A DNA stretch of 64,000 bases from Paramecium tetraurelia. Taxonomy: Eukaryota. This document shows positions 13,690-25,534 of this stretch, piece after piece. A program made the translations under genes and the position numbers. The stretch covers positions 1-64,000 of the forward strand of contig CT868060.1 in NCBI GenBank assembly GCA_000165425.1, given 5' to 3'. Under the pieces are notes generated by a model. The model was not told the origin of the DNA. It saw only the letters and a list, made by a program, of their open reading frames with translations, and searched no databases. Position 1 is the first letter of the stretch; every line of letters begins with the position of its first letter.

Positions 13690-14698
13690 ATGCAACAAAA
13701 ATTGTAAAATTTTAACTAATTTCTTAGGAATGATCTGTGTAAGCATTTTTTAGATACAAATGAGCGGCCGTAGAATTCTATAAAGAAATACAAGCCAGAA
13801 GAACGTTTTGAAGATTATCCAAAATCAAAAGAACTGATTCGATTAAAATCTGAGTTGATAAAGAAACATAATCATCCCCCAAATTATATCAAGGCTGATT
13901 TAAGAACATTTGATTTGTAATAGTTGGGCAAAGTATTATGAATACCACATATAATAGTTTGATGTAATTCTAATCGATCCACCCTGGGCAGAATATGCCA
14001 AGAGATTGATGTAGGCAAACATGTAGGTTAAGGAGCATCAATAGTCTTGGACATTAGAGGAATTAAAACAATTGCACATTGATAAAATTGCAGACATTCC
14101 AAGTTTCATCTTCTTATGGTGTGGATCTGAACATTTGGATGATGGCAGAGAGTTATTCAAAACCTGGGGATTCAAAAGATGTGAAGACATTGTTTGGTTG
14201 AAAACTAACAAAGATCATTCAAAATAAAATTAATATGTTGCAGGATAAGATTACGGAGACAATTTATTTAGAAGAGTCAAAGAACATTGTCTGGTGGGTC
14301 TCAGAGGAGATGTAAAGAGAGCCTCAGATCAACATTTCATTCATGCCAACATAGATACGGATGTGATTATAACAGAAGAGGAAGTCATGGGATCCACAAA
14401 AAAACCAGAAGAATTGTATGAGATTATAGAGAGGTTTTGCTTGGGAAGAAAGAGAATTGAGTTATTCGGAGAAATACATAATATTAGAGATGGTTGGTTG
14501 ACAATTGGAACATAACTAAGAGATACTAGACAAATGCCATAACAATATAATTCTTATTTCTAATAAGAACAATTTAGTGAAGAAAAGCCATTCATGGGTC
14601 CTAGGTATTTATAAACAACGATTGAAATTGAAAATTTGAGACCAAAATCCCCTCCAAAAGAGTAATAGTAATAATAACCACAAACATATTTTTATTGA
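13690..14698 (+). CDS. METTL14: MT-A70 family N6-adenine methyltransferase subunit, METTL14 clade (319 aa)
   Basis: Introns 13704-13727 and 13933-13957. METTL14-type motifs [102 protein letters not shown] at 13976-13987. Confidence 0.9.
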
Positions 14699-14800
14699 GT
14701 ATTTCATTCATTTCATTTATTATCATCTATTATTTGGTCCAAAAATATTTATAAAAATGACAAACATTATTTATCATATATATATATTTGATGAATGATA

Positions 14801-15610
14801 TCACATCACTATTATTGCAAATAGAATCATGAATACTGATAAGACATTGCTGTAGCCTGGAGCTGGAGAATCGGTACAAGATCTGCATTAACCATCTTTC
14901 CAAACCTTTGATTAAGCACTTCCTTTGAAACAGGTTTCGGCTGTGTAATGTTCGTCTTCTCCATCAATACATTTGTTATCCGCTGACCAATGGCATAATG
15001 TTGCATATGGTGAAAAGAATGACATAATAAGGGAGCAAGAATCTTTTGCTTGAATGTCAGAGCATTTTTTGTCTCTGCATTTATCAGTGTCCCAAAAGCA
15101 TTTAGAGTTTTTTTTGCATTAATCGTTATTGTAACTACCATCACTACAGGTTTTCATGGTGACACAGGCAGCAGGGGTGCCAGATAAAACACATACATTG
15201 TTGGAAGTTGATTTGCAATTCTCAACAGCAAATGACTCACATTCTATAGGTTTCTTTGTTCCACATTTATCATCTTCCAATAATACGCATTTGAAGTTTA
15301 TATTGTTGCATTTTTAATCCACAGTCTCTTTGTAATCAGTACATTATTTGAAGTCAACACATTTACCTGAAACCCAACCACAATAGGCCTAGACTCTACA
15401 TAATTCTTGTCCATCTATCATTGAACAACTAATTCTTGGGTCAGCATCACAAACATTTTTTTACTCATTCCAATCACAATTCATATCTCCTGGTTGATAA
15501 CCATCACACTCTTCCTATTTTAACACTTCATCACAAGTGCATCCATTAATTTTAATTTCAGTTGTGTAGCTGACTATTAAGAAGGAGAGGAGGACTAATG
15601 ATCTAACCAT
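14801..15610 (-). CDS. Small Cys-rich surface protein (mini-antigen-like), signal peptide and GPI-type C-terminus, 269 aa
   Basis: MVRSLVLSSFLIVS.. CTCDEVLKQEEC, periodic Cys with CxW motifs, hydrophobic tail SNVLSVFMILFAIIVM*. Confidence 0.85.
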
Positions 15611-16666
15611 AAATGATTTTAATGATGTAATACTCAAATATTCATATTTGAATTCACAAGATATTGTATATAGAATTCAATTAAACATTATTAAATATTA
15701 TTAATATGATTTATGTTAACATTTCCACCTCTCAGTCCTATTTTTATGATTCATCCAAATCGGCAAAACCAAAAGAGTTCATTTTGTATTTTTCTTTTTG
15801 ATATTCTTTTATTTCTATTTTTCCTAAATTGTCATTTTTGATAAGATTTCTAGAGAAAAATTTCAGAGTACAAAAATTGATATCTAATTAGAAAATGTTC
15901 ATAGTTGATCAGGTTTGAGTTATGATAAAATCAATTTTAGAGTTTAGTCTATAATTTTTAATAATATTACTTAACATCTTATTTGGATGCACGAACCATT
16001 CAATTCTATTTTTTTGAATACATGAAGAGTATAACTAACGTGAGGTTTCCAAAGTTTCCAAATGAAGTAGAATGCTAGAATCTTATGAGAAGGTCTCTAA
16101 AATTAAGGGATTCATTTTATGATGTCATTAAAATTAGAGCCTTTGAAATTTTAGCTGTATTAAGAGGTAAGTAAACTAAAATTGTAATATCCAATTAACA
16201 CTTTTTTATTTTACCTAAATAATTTAAGGCTTCTTAAAATACTGTATATTAACAAATTTAATCAAGATATCAAAAAATATTATTAGCATAGTTAACTAAT
16301 AGAGATAAGAATTTTCTTAAATTTAAAACATATCAAATCATTTAAATGTTTTGATGAGCCAAATTTGGAAATATGCAAAAGGTAGCTAATTGGTTTAAAT
16401 TATAAAAAAGTAATTTGAATAAATATAGATTCTCCATTTATATTGATACTAATAATTCTAATATTAGAGATAATCAAAGTTAGAATTGGATACTTATAAA
16501 ATCTAATATTTCTAAATGTAATTTATATAGATTTCTAGTGAATTTAATGCTGTCTTAGATAAGTAAAGCTATTGATAATATTGAGTATTTTAGTGCAATT
16601 ATTTAATATTAATATATATTCTAACATATTGTAAAATATAATTTACAACAATTAAATATTACATTA

Positions 16667-17625
16667 ATGTTCCAATCGCTACTTTATCAGTTTAAATTGA
16701 GGTTTAAAATGATCAATCAATGTAAAGAAATCAATCCAATTTTTAGTTGATATTAAATAAGAATTCAAATTTTTGAACAACACTCAATAATATTGTACAT
16801 TGCATTCTAAACAACAATTAAATCAATCGACATATCTAATGAAATTTGGTAATTCTTTGGCACCTCATAATTAGCAATTTCACAACAAGATAAATGCTTA
16901 GGTACTCGCATAGGATAGTACATTTCATTAAATGATCCTAAGTTTGATATCAATACAACGAGATATTATTGCCCCATTTCCAGAATTGATGATGTCGGAA
17001 TGTTTGATTTATTGGTCCATGCCATTTAAGCGGAGAATAAGAACTTTTCCACTCACATCACAACTTTGAATGTAATAATTGCAAATATCGTAGGATGGAC
17101 ATATTCTCAATATAAATGGACCTTTCACTAATTACCTTTACCATGGGTATGGCTCAATCGAAATCCCCAAAGACAATATCAATTAAAATTACAAATATAT
17201 TGGCATAGTAGCAGAGTCTTCAGCTATTGCAGCTTTTTTCCAAGTTACAACAATGCTTAATTTGATAGTTAATAGAAGGTATAGCTACCAACGGTGATAA
17301 CACACATATAGGATTGCTTTATGTGGCGGATACTATAGATGAATTAGTTCTGATGGAGGAATTAATTTGGTATGTTGAGGAGAAAAAGATAAATGCTACA
17401 TTTATGCTGAGAAATGAGCAAGATCCAATTGGAAAGGTTTTTAGTGGTCCTAAGGGCTAATTAAAGCCGATATATTTGGAATAGTATTTGCCTTAGCCGA
17501 ATGATCAAACATTAATCCTTGTTTGCGGGAGCAGGTATTGATTGCAAATTTTAATAAGGGCATTTAAAAAAGAAACTAAATAACAACTGGAATATATCCA
17601 TCACCAAAATATAGCTATAATTTGA
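16667..17625 (+). CDS. NADH-cytochrome b5 reductase-like (FNR family) protein with degenerate nucleotide-binding motif
   Basis: Five tiny introns. LGTRIGQYISL, TRYYCPIS, GMFDLLVH, GPF, YIGIVAESSAIAAFFQLI, LILVCGS align in order with the b5R motifs LGLPVGQH, RPYTPIS, GMIAGGTGITP, CGP. Confidence 0.8.
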
Positions 17626-17783
17626 TTATATATTATTTAATATATTATAAAATTTTATATTAATTTAAGATATTATCAAATTAAATCTAATTAAATAACT
17701 GTGAAAAATATTTATATCCAAATTAATAACAATTCACTTCATTTATTATTTTATTTTTAAGAGATATAACCATACGCTAATAA

Positions 17784-18126
17784 ATGTCCCAGAATACCAT
17801 AAAAAATGAATAGGTTCGATAATATTAGAAAGTGCATCAAAACTAAAAGGAGTAACTCAAAGATTTGGTGTTTAAAGAGTCTTATTCCATCAAACAAGTA
17901 ATATATTTAGTCTAGACAGGCTTCTTAACTGTTAAATATTAAATATGCCACTGCCAAATCAATTATGTCCAAAATTCGAAAGTCTAAAATAAAAAAATTT
18001 TTATTCCTCAACAAAAAATTGGGGCAGTGCTAATTCAAGAAAGTTGAATTATCCAAACCTTAATTAGAAATCAAATCTTTAGTGTCAGGATCTTTGATCA
18101 GTTCATGTAATTACTATTTATAATGA
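17784..18126 (+). CDS. Small helix-turn-helix (homeodomain-like) DNA-binding protein, 106 aa
   Basis: 22-nt intron 17898-17919; SIKQASQLLNIKYATAKSIM is an HTH pattern common in ciliates. Confidence 0.8.
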
Positions 18127-19119
18127 ATATCTTGTAAAAAATTCAATAATATTATTCATATACTTTTTTGGAGGATTTTGCTGTAAGCAAATATCATTGC
18201 ATAATATATATTGATAATTTAATAACTCAGGTTCATTATAAGTTCACAAGCATATTGTCCATATTATTATTCGAAAGTATGTTTCCTAACAGCATTTTTT
18301 CATCTTTTTTTAAATAACACTAAATACTGGGTATTGATAATAACCCTTCGACGCCATCAATAATTTTCCAATAACTACTGACAGAACACAACATTAGAGT
18401 TTCGATAAAAGCATATCGTCATAGTACTTAAGCAATTAATCTCTTTCTCTACCTTTGTTCACTGGCAAATGAGTTTTACATCTTAAAATGGAATCACCAT
18501 CTATTGTGACCTCAAAATAAAGTTGAAATCTAAAACACCATTAAACTCTAATTTGAGTAAATAGGTGCACATTAACATAAGGATAGCATCTGAGAAGAGA
18601 ACCCTTTAGGCACATAGGTAATTAAAAAAATCATATCTATAATATATTAATATTGTATTTCAATATGATCATCAAACTCAATAATATGTACTTCTACATT
18701 TTATTCTTTTTGTTCACATGTCTAAATAATAGTTTAATTTAGGTTGAAATTAGGGTTGGAGATAAATTGGATTTTAAAATCAGTACTTGTGTATTTAAAA
18801 CTAAAATAATTATTTTTGATAAATGATTTAGTTGAAACTAGAAGATGTGATTTCTTCTCAGATTAATGAAGCCAGCACTCTTAAAATTGAGATTGATGTC
18901 AGAAATGGTTCACTTGTGGCTAGATAATGTTGTTTGGCACTTAAAAAGTCTAAGTGGAGATGATGACAGCTATTGTTATCAGAAGTGTTAAGGATATGGT
19001 AAATAGCAGAAAGGAGCATAAGAAATTTATAATGTTGCAATATGCAATAGATAAGCATGGCTTACAATTTGGAATAGTTGGAGTAAATAAAATATTGATA
19101 TTAATTTTATCTTTAAACA

Positions 19120-20616
19120 ATGTTATAATTACCTATTAATAATAGAACACCAGGATAAAATTTTAGTTTTAATTAGTTTGCTTCTGCACCTAATTCTCCC
19201 GATAAAAACACACCGAGTACGATAAAGGATTATATAAAATATCGATAACGAAATTTGCTGGATTTTGTTAAAAGTCGATTATAGAGTCGGCAAAATAGTC
19301 CAAAAAACCTTTTTAAGGTGGATCTAATCTAGTTTGCGAAAAAGAAGTATGACAGCATGCCCAGTCCCATAATGGGGGAACATAAATTTTTATCAACTTA
19401 AAGATCGATTGGCGATTCGATTCAGATTGTGAATGGGTAGGGAATGACAGAAGATACATTATTTGATGAAATAATTGATTTGGAGAATGCGATTAATTCG
19501 AATATATACGAGAAGAGGGTGATGGGATCTTAGAAACAAATAAATCATTCAATCATGAAGAAGGAAGTAACTGAAGATGGTTAAGTGAAAATTAATCAAT
19601 ATACAATATTACAGGAACTTGGCAAGGGATCGTTTGGGAAGGTGAAGTTGGCTAAGGACAACAATAGAAAATATGTAAGAAATTTAGAATTATGATAATA
19701 GGCAGTGAAAATATGTGATAGGAAGAAGTTAAAATTAAGGTTACTGTCAAGCAAAATGGATGCCTATTCATTGTTGGACAAGGAGATCGCAATAATGAAG
19801 AAGGTGGATCACGAAAACATAGTGTAACTGTATGAAGTAATTGAAAATCCGAATAACGATAAATTGTATTTGGTCTTGGAATACATGGACGGACCTTAAC
19901 TCTTATCAATTAAAAATACGAACATTGAGACAATTTGGAGATTATTTCGAGATTTCATGTTGGGACTAGAATATCGTATATAATACAAAAATATAAGTGC
20001 ATAATTTCGCCAATATTGCCCATATGGACATTAAACCTGAAAATCTACTGTTGAACTAGGAACTGAGATTGAAAATAGCTGACTTCGGAGTCTCGTAAAT
20101 TATGGATGACAATTTGGTCAAGTCTAAAATAGGGACATCAGCTTATCAACCTCCAGAAGTGTTCACTGAAGACCAAGTAAGAGGCAAGCCAATCGATGTT
20201 TGGGCTGCTGGGTTGACTTTGTACCAGTTAGTATATAATGAGCACCCTTTTATTTCGTTAAGACAGGATCAATTGAAGAATAACATTCTCACTCTAAACA
20301 TCAAGTGGAGGGAAACTTCAGACTTAACAGATTTACTCAAAAGAATGTTAGACAAGAATCCCAACACTAGAATTACAACCTAACAAGTGTTAGTATCTTT
20401 ATTGAGTTATTTCAGGAACATCCTTGGGTGACCAAAAATGGTCGGTTCCCTCTAAAAAATGAGTACCAAGGCAACTTTTGTGTTACTGAGAATGACATTC
20501 ATAATGCCATCACAAGGTTGTCCTTCAACATGGCTATTAGAACTTTAAATAAATTGAAATAGAAGCTAAATTAATCTCGCTAGCGATTAAAATAAAGAAA
20601 GGCTTAGGAATCATGA
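19120..20616 (+). CDS. Ser/Thr protein kinase, CaMKK/GRIK-like
   Basis: INQYTILQELGKGSFGKVKLA, AVK, KEIAIMKKVDHENIVQLYEVIENP..DKLYLVLEY, HMDIKPEN, DFG, GTSAYQPPE, DVWAAG; three tiny introns. Confidence 0.9.
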
Positions 20617-20686
20617 GAATCTGACTTTAATTTTATTAATTTAGATTATTTTTTCTAATTAACCAAAGAAATTTATTCTAATAATA

Positions 20687-21837
20687 ATGAATTTTAATAT
20701 CAAAGTCACGTTCAACAACTCTCCATGTCATCTTACTATTGATAATGACAATAACTTGATAATCATGAATTAAATTCTTTTGATGACATTTCCTCTAAAT
20801 TTAGATTCAAATATTGTGTGGAAATTAGAAAAAAATGTGCTCCTAGGCTTTGAAATCAACACCCTATTGTTTACAGGTGACCATCATGATCTTCTCAATC
20901 TCAAATCCATCATAGGAAGACTTGTTACCTACAAAAAAATCAGTAATATGTACACCTTTCTCAGCACTATCGGAAAAGGCAACTATTCGCAAGTATGCAT
21001 GCTCCAGTGTAAAATAACAAATAAACTATTTGCTGCAAAATGCATGAAGAAGGAAAACCAATAAGTTGTAAATGATATCAAAAGAGAAATTATGATCTGG
21101 TCTGAGCTGTAGCATAATAACATTGCCAAATTCTATGAAGTCTATGAGAGTACAAACACAATTTATATTGTTATGGAGAAGCTCAATAGATTAAGAAATG
21201 ATTACGATCATGAAGAAATTAAATTAATTATGAAAGTATGATCATTACGTAATTAATTTTTTAGGATATTCTGGAAGGTGTACAGTACATTCATTCCAAA
21301 TACATTATTCATAGAGATTTAAAAATCGATAATATATTGATTGACGACGAAAATCAAATTAAAATCATCGATTTTGGATTGGCTTGCCAATTTAATAATG
21401 TCGAATCCAGACTTATTAGTTGCGGCACTCCCGGTTACATTGCTCCTGAAGTTCTGATGAATAAACCCTTTGATTACAAATCTGATATCTTCAGCATGGG
21501 AGTTGTCATGTATAACCTCTACTTTAATAAACATTTATTCCAAGCTGATTAAGTGTCTGACATTCTCAAACTCAATAAGAAATTCACCCTATCTAGATTG
21601 CCAGTATTCAATATTCCAGATTGTGGTTATCAATTGTTAAGAAGCTTATTGAATCACAATCCTTTATAACGAATAACGGCCTCTTAGGCTCTCTCACATT
21701 GGTATATGAATTCAATCAAGGAGGAACATTTCATAAAGGTTCCTAGAAATCCTAATCCAAAATTTAAGGATCACATTTAATCGTGCTCAATTATTTACTC
21801 GAAAACTACTATAACTTCATACAATAAAATATATTGA
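20687..21837 (+). CDS. Ser/Thr protein kinase (CAMK-group-like)
   Basis: IGKGNYSQV, AAK, HRDLKIDN, DFG, CGTPGYIAPE, DIFSMG; one 29-nt intron near 21236-21264. Confidence 0.9.
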
Positions 21838-22599
21838 TAATATTATATTCATTAATTAATTATTGCACAACTGATCAAATTTAATTGGAATATTAGATTT
21901 AAATTTACATTAATGCATTTTCTTGTCTTATAAAGAGGTAAGAAACTTTTATTGTTTACTATAATATTAATCTTAGATTAGATTTTAGTTTTCTGCCTAT
22001 AATTTATCTAAATAAGGCTTCGTATGTCATAATTTTGGTTCAAGTAATTAAATGATAATTTATAAATGGAATCAAAATCACTGAGTTTTTCTAACATTAA
22101 CCATCCAAAATTACAGAATTGAATTTAATAAATGGTTTGTGCCTATTTGTTAACTAATTTCTCAAGATCATTATTTCAGAAAAGCGAGTCATCCATTCAT
22201 GTATTAATACTCCCTCAATAAGTAATTCTTCAAACCTTGGATTTATTGAAATTACTTAATAAATTTATAAATTATCTAAAAATTTCTACACTTCATTTTG
22301 TGTCCTAGGACAAATAAACTAACTATTGATAGCCTATTTATTTTTACTTCAATCAAATTATCTCTAGGTTTAAGAAGAATAATTTAATTTACACAGATTA
22401 ATTATAAATACATAACCATTCATCAATTGTGAGTATTATATTACAACAATCCATAACTCATACGCAACTATTTTTCATCGTAAATATCTGAATCTGTACA
22501 AAAACAGTTATGAATGCAGAAAAAGAATTTAGATTAAGCAAATGCTATTTAGTTATCAGATATTTTTAAATTCACAAATATAAATAAATTAATAAGTAA

Positions 22600-22976
22600 A
22601 TGATAATTAGGTCAGCTACCACTTATATGATGTTTCATTCCAAGACTCCTAAATATCCCATAACAAGGGAATTTTTCAGAAAGTTGTTTTCATGTACTCC
22701 TTCTAATATTCTACTTTAGCAAAACCTCAAGAACCCAAAGAATATTTACTTTAGTCTCCAGATGTGAAAACATTTGCAGCTCATCTCAAATAAATGGAGC
22801 AAATTCCTTCTTAAGGAGAATAGGACTTGGCACTTTTTGATAAATTTCAGATTGGTTCTTCAATATTAAGAAAGTATTTTAGATTCTTTGTATACTTTTG
22901 CTTTAAAATGTGTTACCTTTTATTAGATGAATTCAAGAGATTTATAATATTAGGAATAATATTCTTTTGTTTGTGA
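22600..22976 (+). CDS. Small hypothetical protein with hydrophobic C-terminus (116 aa)
   Basis: Frame is restored by a 26-nt intron (22694-22719); basic N-terminus resembles a mitochondrial presequence. Confidence 0.5.
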
Positions 22977-23025
22977 AGAATTTTCATTTACATATATAAC
23001 ATTATCACTATACATATAGTTAAGC

Positions 23026-24480
23026 TCAGAAATTTCTCTAATGAATAATAATTTTCCTCTCATCTACATTATACGCAATTAAATATTGACCATCATTTCT
23101 AAGTGTGGCTCCCTAAAACAGTCCTTTAAATCTTTATATTTGCAAAGGGTCGTTGATTCCTACGAATCTCCACACATCTAATGTATTAGAACTTTGGAAT
23201 ATCATTATTGAATTAGATGGAAGATATTTGATTCTATCAACACATTCCAAATAGGATTGAACTGTTCCAGTTAAAGTAAATTATCCATTATTTTCATTTC
23301 TCCTCCAAATTAATACCTCTTTACTGCCAGTAACGAATTATTCATCATTTATAAAGCAAGCCGAGAAAATTTTATATTCATGTGCATTTCCGATTTTCTA
23401 AGTTAATTTCCACACTCCTAAATTATGTTCGTAGATATTGATAGACCTATCCCAACTTACTGATAATAATAGCTTATCACTTTGACTGATCTAAATCTGT
23501 AATATTTCCCTGAAATGGTCACTTAAAGTTTATGATAACTACCACGAGTTTTCACATTTATTCCAAATCTATATAGTTTTATCGCATCCAGTTGAAAATA
23601 ATTGTTTATCTTACGAATTAATCACTATAGATTTTATACAGTCTCTATGGTGTTTGAGTTCTTAATGCAATTCAAAAGTGCCCTAATTTGAAAGTTTCCA
23701 AACGCGAACAATTTTATCTACTCCTCCAGTGAAAAAGAAATTTTAAGAATTACTTATACAAATCGTTTCTATAAATCCTCTATGAGTGTTAGATTCTTAT
23801 ATTTAATTTATTCTGCCATCTTTAAATGAATAGCTTCTGATCTTATTTTCGCAATTCGCAATAATTACATTATGTCTATGAGCTATTTGTAAATCGAAGC
23901 ATATTTCTTAAGGATGGTCATTCCATTGTTAATATGCTATGAGATCTTCAAATTTTTTTTTATAGTTCTTGACATGCTTCAGTGCAGTATCATAATATTG
24001 ATTAAAAACTCCTTGGTAGGGTTTTAATTTATCAACAACTTCTTAATCAATTAATTAGATGTCTTAACTTTTAAATAGACTAATTTGTTAGGCCATTTTT
24101 TATAATTGGGTGAAAGTTACTTATCCAATTTAATACTGGTTTAACTTCAGATTTTTATATTGTTAGATTATCTACTAAATTTACTTTTCTATTCCCTTTT
24201 CTATTAAATTCATGTTGGCCAGTAATTCTTCAGTCTTTTTGAATAATTTATTTTTCAGTATTTCCAAAGATTTTACCTCCTGGTCAAGCAGGCGATCGAT
24301 TTCTTAATTTTACTATTTTACCATCCCATTGTAGATTTCGAATCCAGCCACGATACTGATTGGTCGAATTAAACCACATTCGTCACAAGCCACTTTATCC
24401 CCTAATTTAACATTTAAATCAATATTCAAAAAGTTTACAAGTCTTGCATGAATAGGACACAGAATATTTATAGAATTCAT
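23026..24480 (-). CDS. WD40-repeat protein with N-terminal Cys/His cluster and coiled coil (484 aa)
   Basis: CPIH..CDEC, Q/K-rich coil, then repeats FTGGVDKIVRVW, FSTGCDKTIQIW, LSVSWDRSINIY. Confidence 0.88.
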
Positions 24481-24794
24481 TTTAAATCGTGATAAAATAT
24501 TAAATTAAAAATGATTAAGAATAGTAATTCAAAACTCTCTGCGACATATATATTTATTGTAACAGTGTGTGATTTGATTCTAGAACACAAGTTCATCAAT
24601 TACTTTCTATTTAAAATCCACAGAAATACTAAATACATGCGAATAGAATTAAAGATACAAATTACGTGTGTAATTCTTATGAATAAATATAATTTCTTTT
24701 TGTTTAAAATGTATTTCTTTAAACATTAAATCGTTTGATATAATTTTTAATATTAAATTGTTAGAATAATTATTATACATTGTCATTAATCAAT

Positions 24795-25475
24795 TCAAGC
24801 TTTGAGTTATTCTTTCTATAATTATGATAAAGATATATAGATACAAATCCTGGGAAGGTGTAATTGATTCCTAATTCTTTAAGTTTTAGTCTCTTCTCCT
24901 CTTCATTAGCCAACAACTTCTAGACTTCTTTGACAATTTATTCATTTGATTTTTCCTACTGTTAATAATAGATGGTACTTTATTTGATTCTTCCACAGCC
25001 TTTTCTGACCAATTGATAAAGAACAGTTTTTAGTTTCCGTGTTTGTATTTGAAAGGGTCTGGATGTTAGTCGCTTAAGACATTGACAACTAACTTCTTTC
25101 CGTTCATTAGATAACCGTTCATGGCCTGTGCTGCGATGGGTGCTACTTCTTTGTCGGCAAATTTAACAAATCCGTATCCTTAGACTCTATTGGTCTAAAA
25201 AGAATGTAAATTTGAGGAATTACTTTTTTGCTTCTAAATAATTTGACTCCGAGCACGTCTCCAAATTAGGTAAAGTATTCCTTCAATCCCTCTTCGACAA
25301 AACCATAAGGTAAATGTCCAACATAAATAATTCCATGTTGTCTTTCTTGTGGTTATTACTCTAATCTGTTGACTTTGCTTTTTATTTTTTATTCTTTATT
25401 TGAGGATTCTTGACTTTATTTCTCAACAATCTTTTATGTTTTGCCAATAACCTTCTAGGTCTTTTTTGTGCTCAT
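24795..25475 (-). CDS. NIFK: Nucleolar RRM protein, NIFK/Nop15-like (60S biogenesis)
   Basis: GIIYVGHLPYGFVEEGLKEYFTQFGDV, RSKKT..GYGFVKF..VAPIAAQAMNGYLM, and C-terminal GINYTFP match the NIFK/Nop15 pattern; three tiny introns. Confidence 0.85.
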
Positions 25476-25534
25476 AATTAAATTATATTAAATTGTGTTA
25501 ATTATTTTAATTTATAAACAACTTTAATAAATTC

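Noticed and set aside
15740..16560. Coding-like fragment on the + strand
   Set aside because: Interrupted frames and no homology clue.
18200..19100. Short possible genes on either strand upstream of the CaMKK-like kinase
   Set aside because: No consistent start-intron-TGA model and no recognisable motif.
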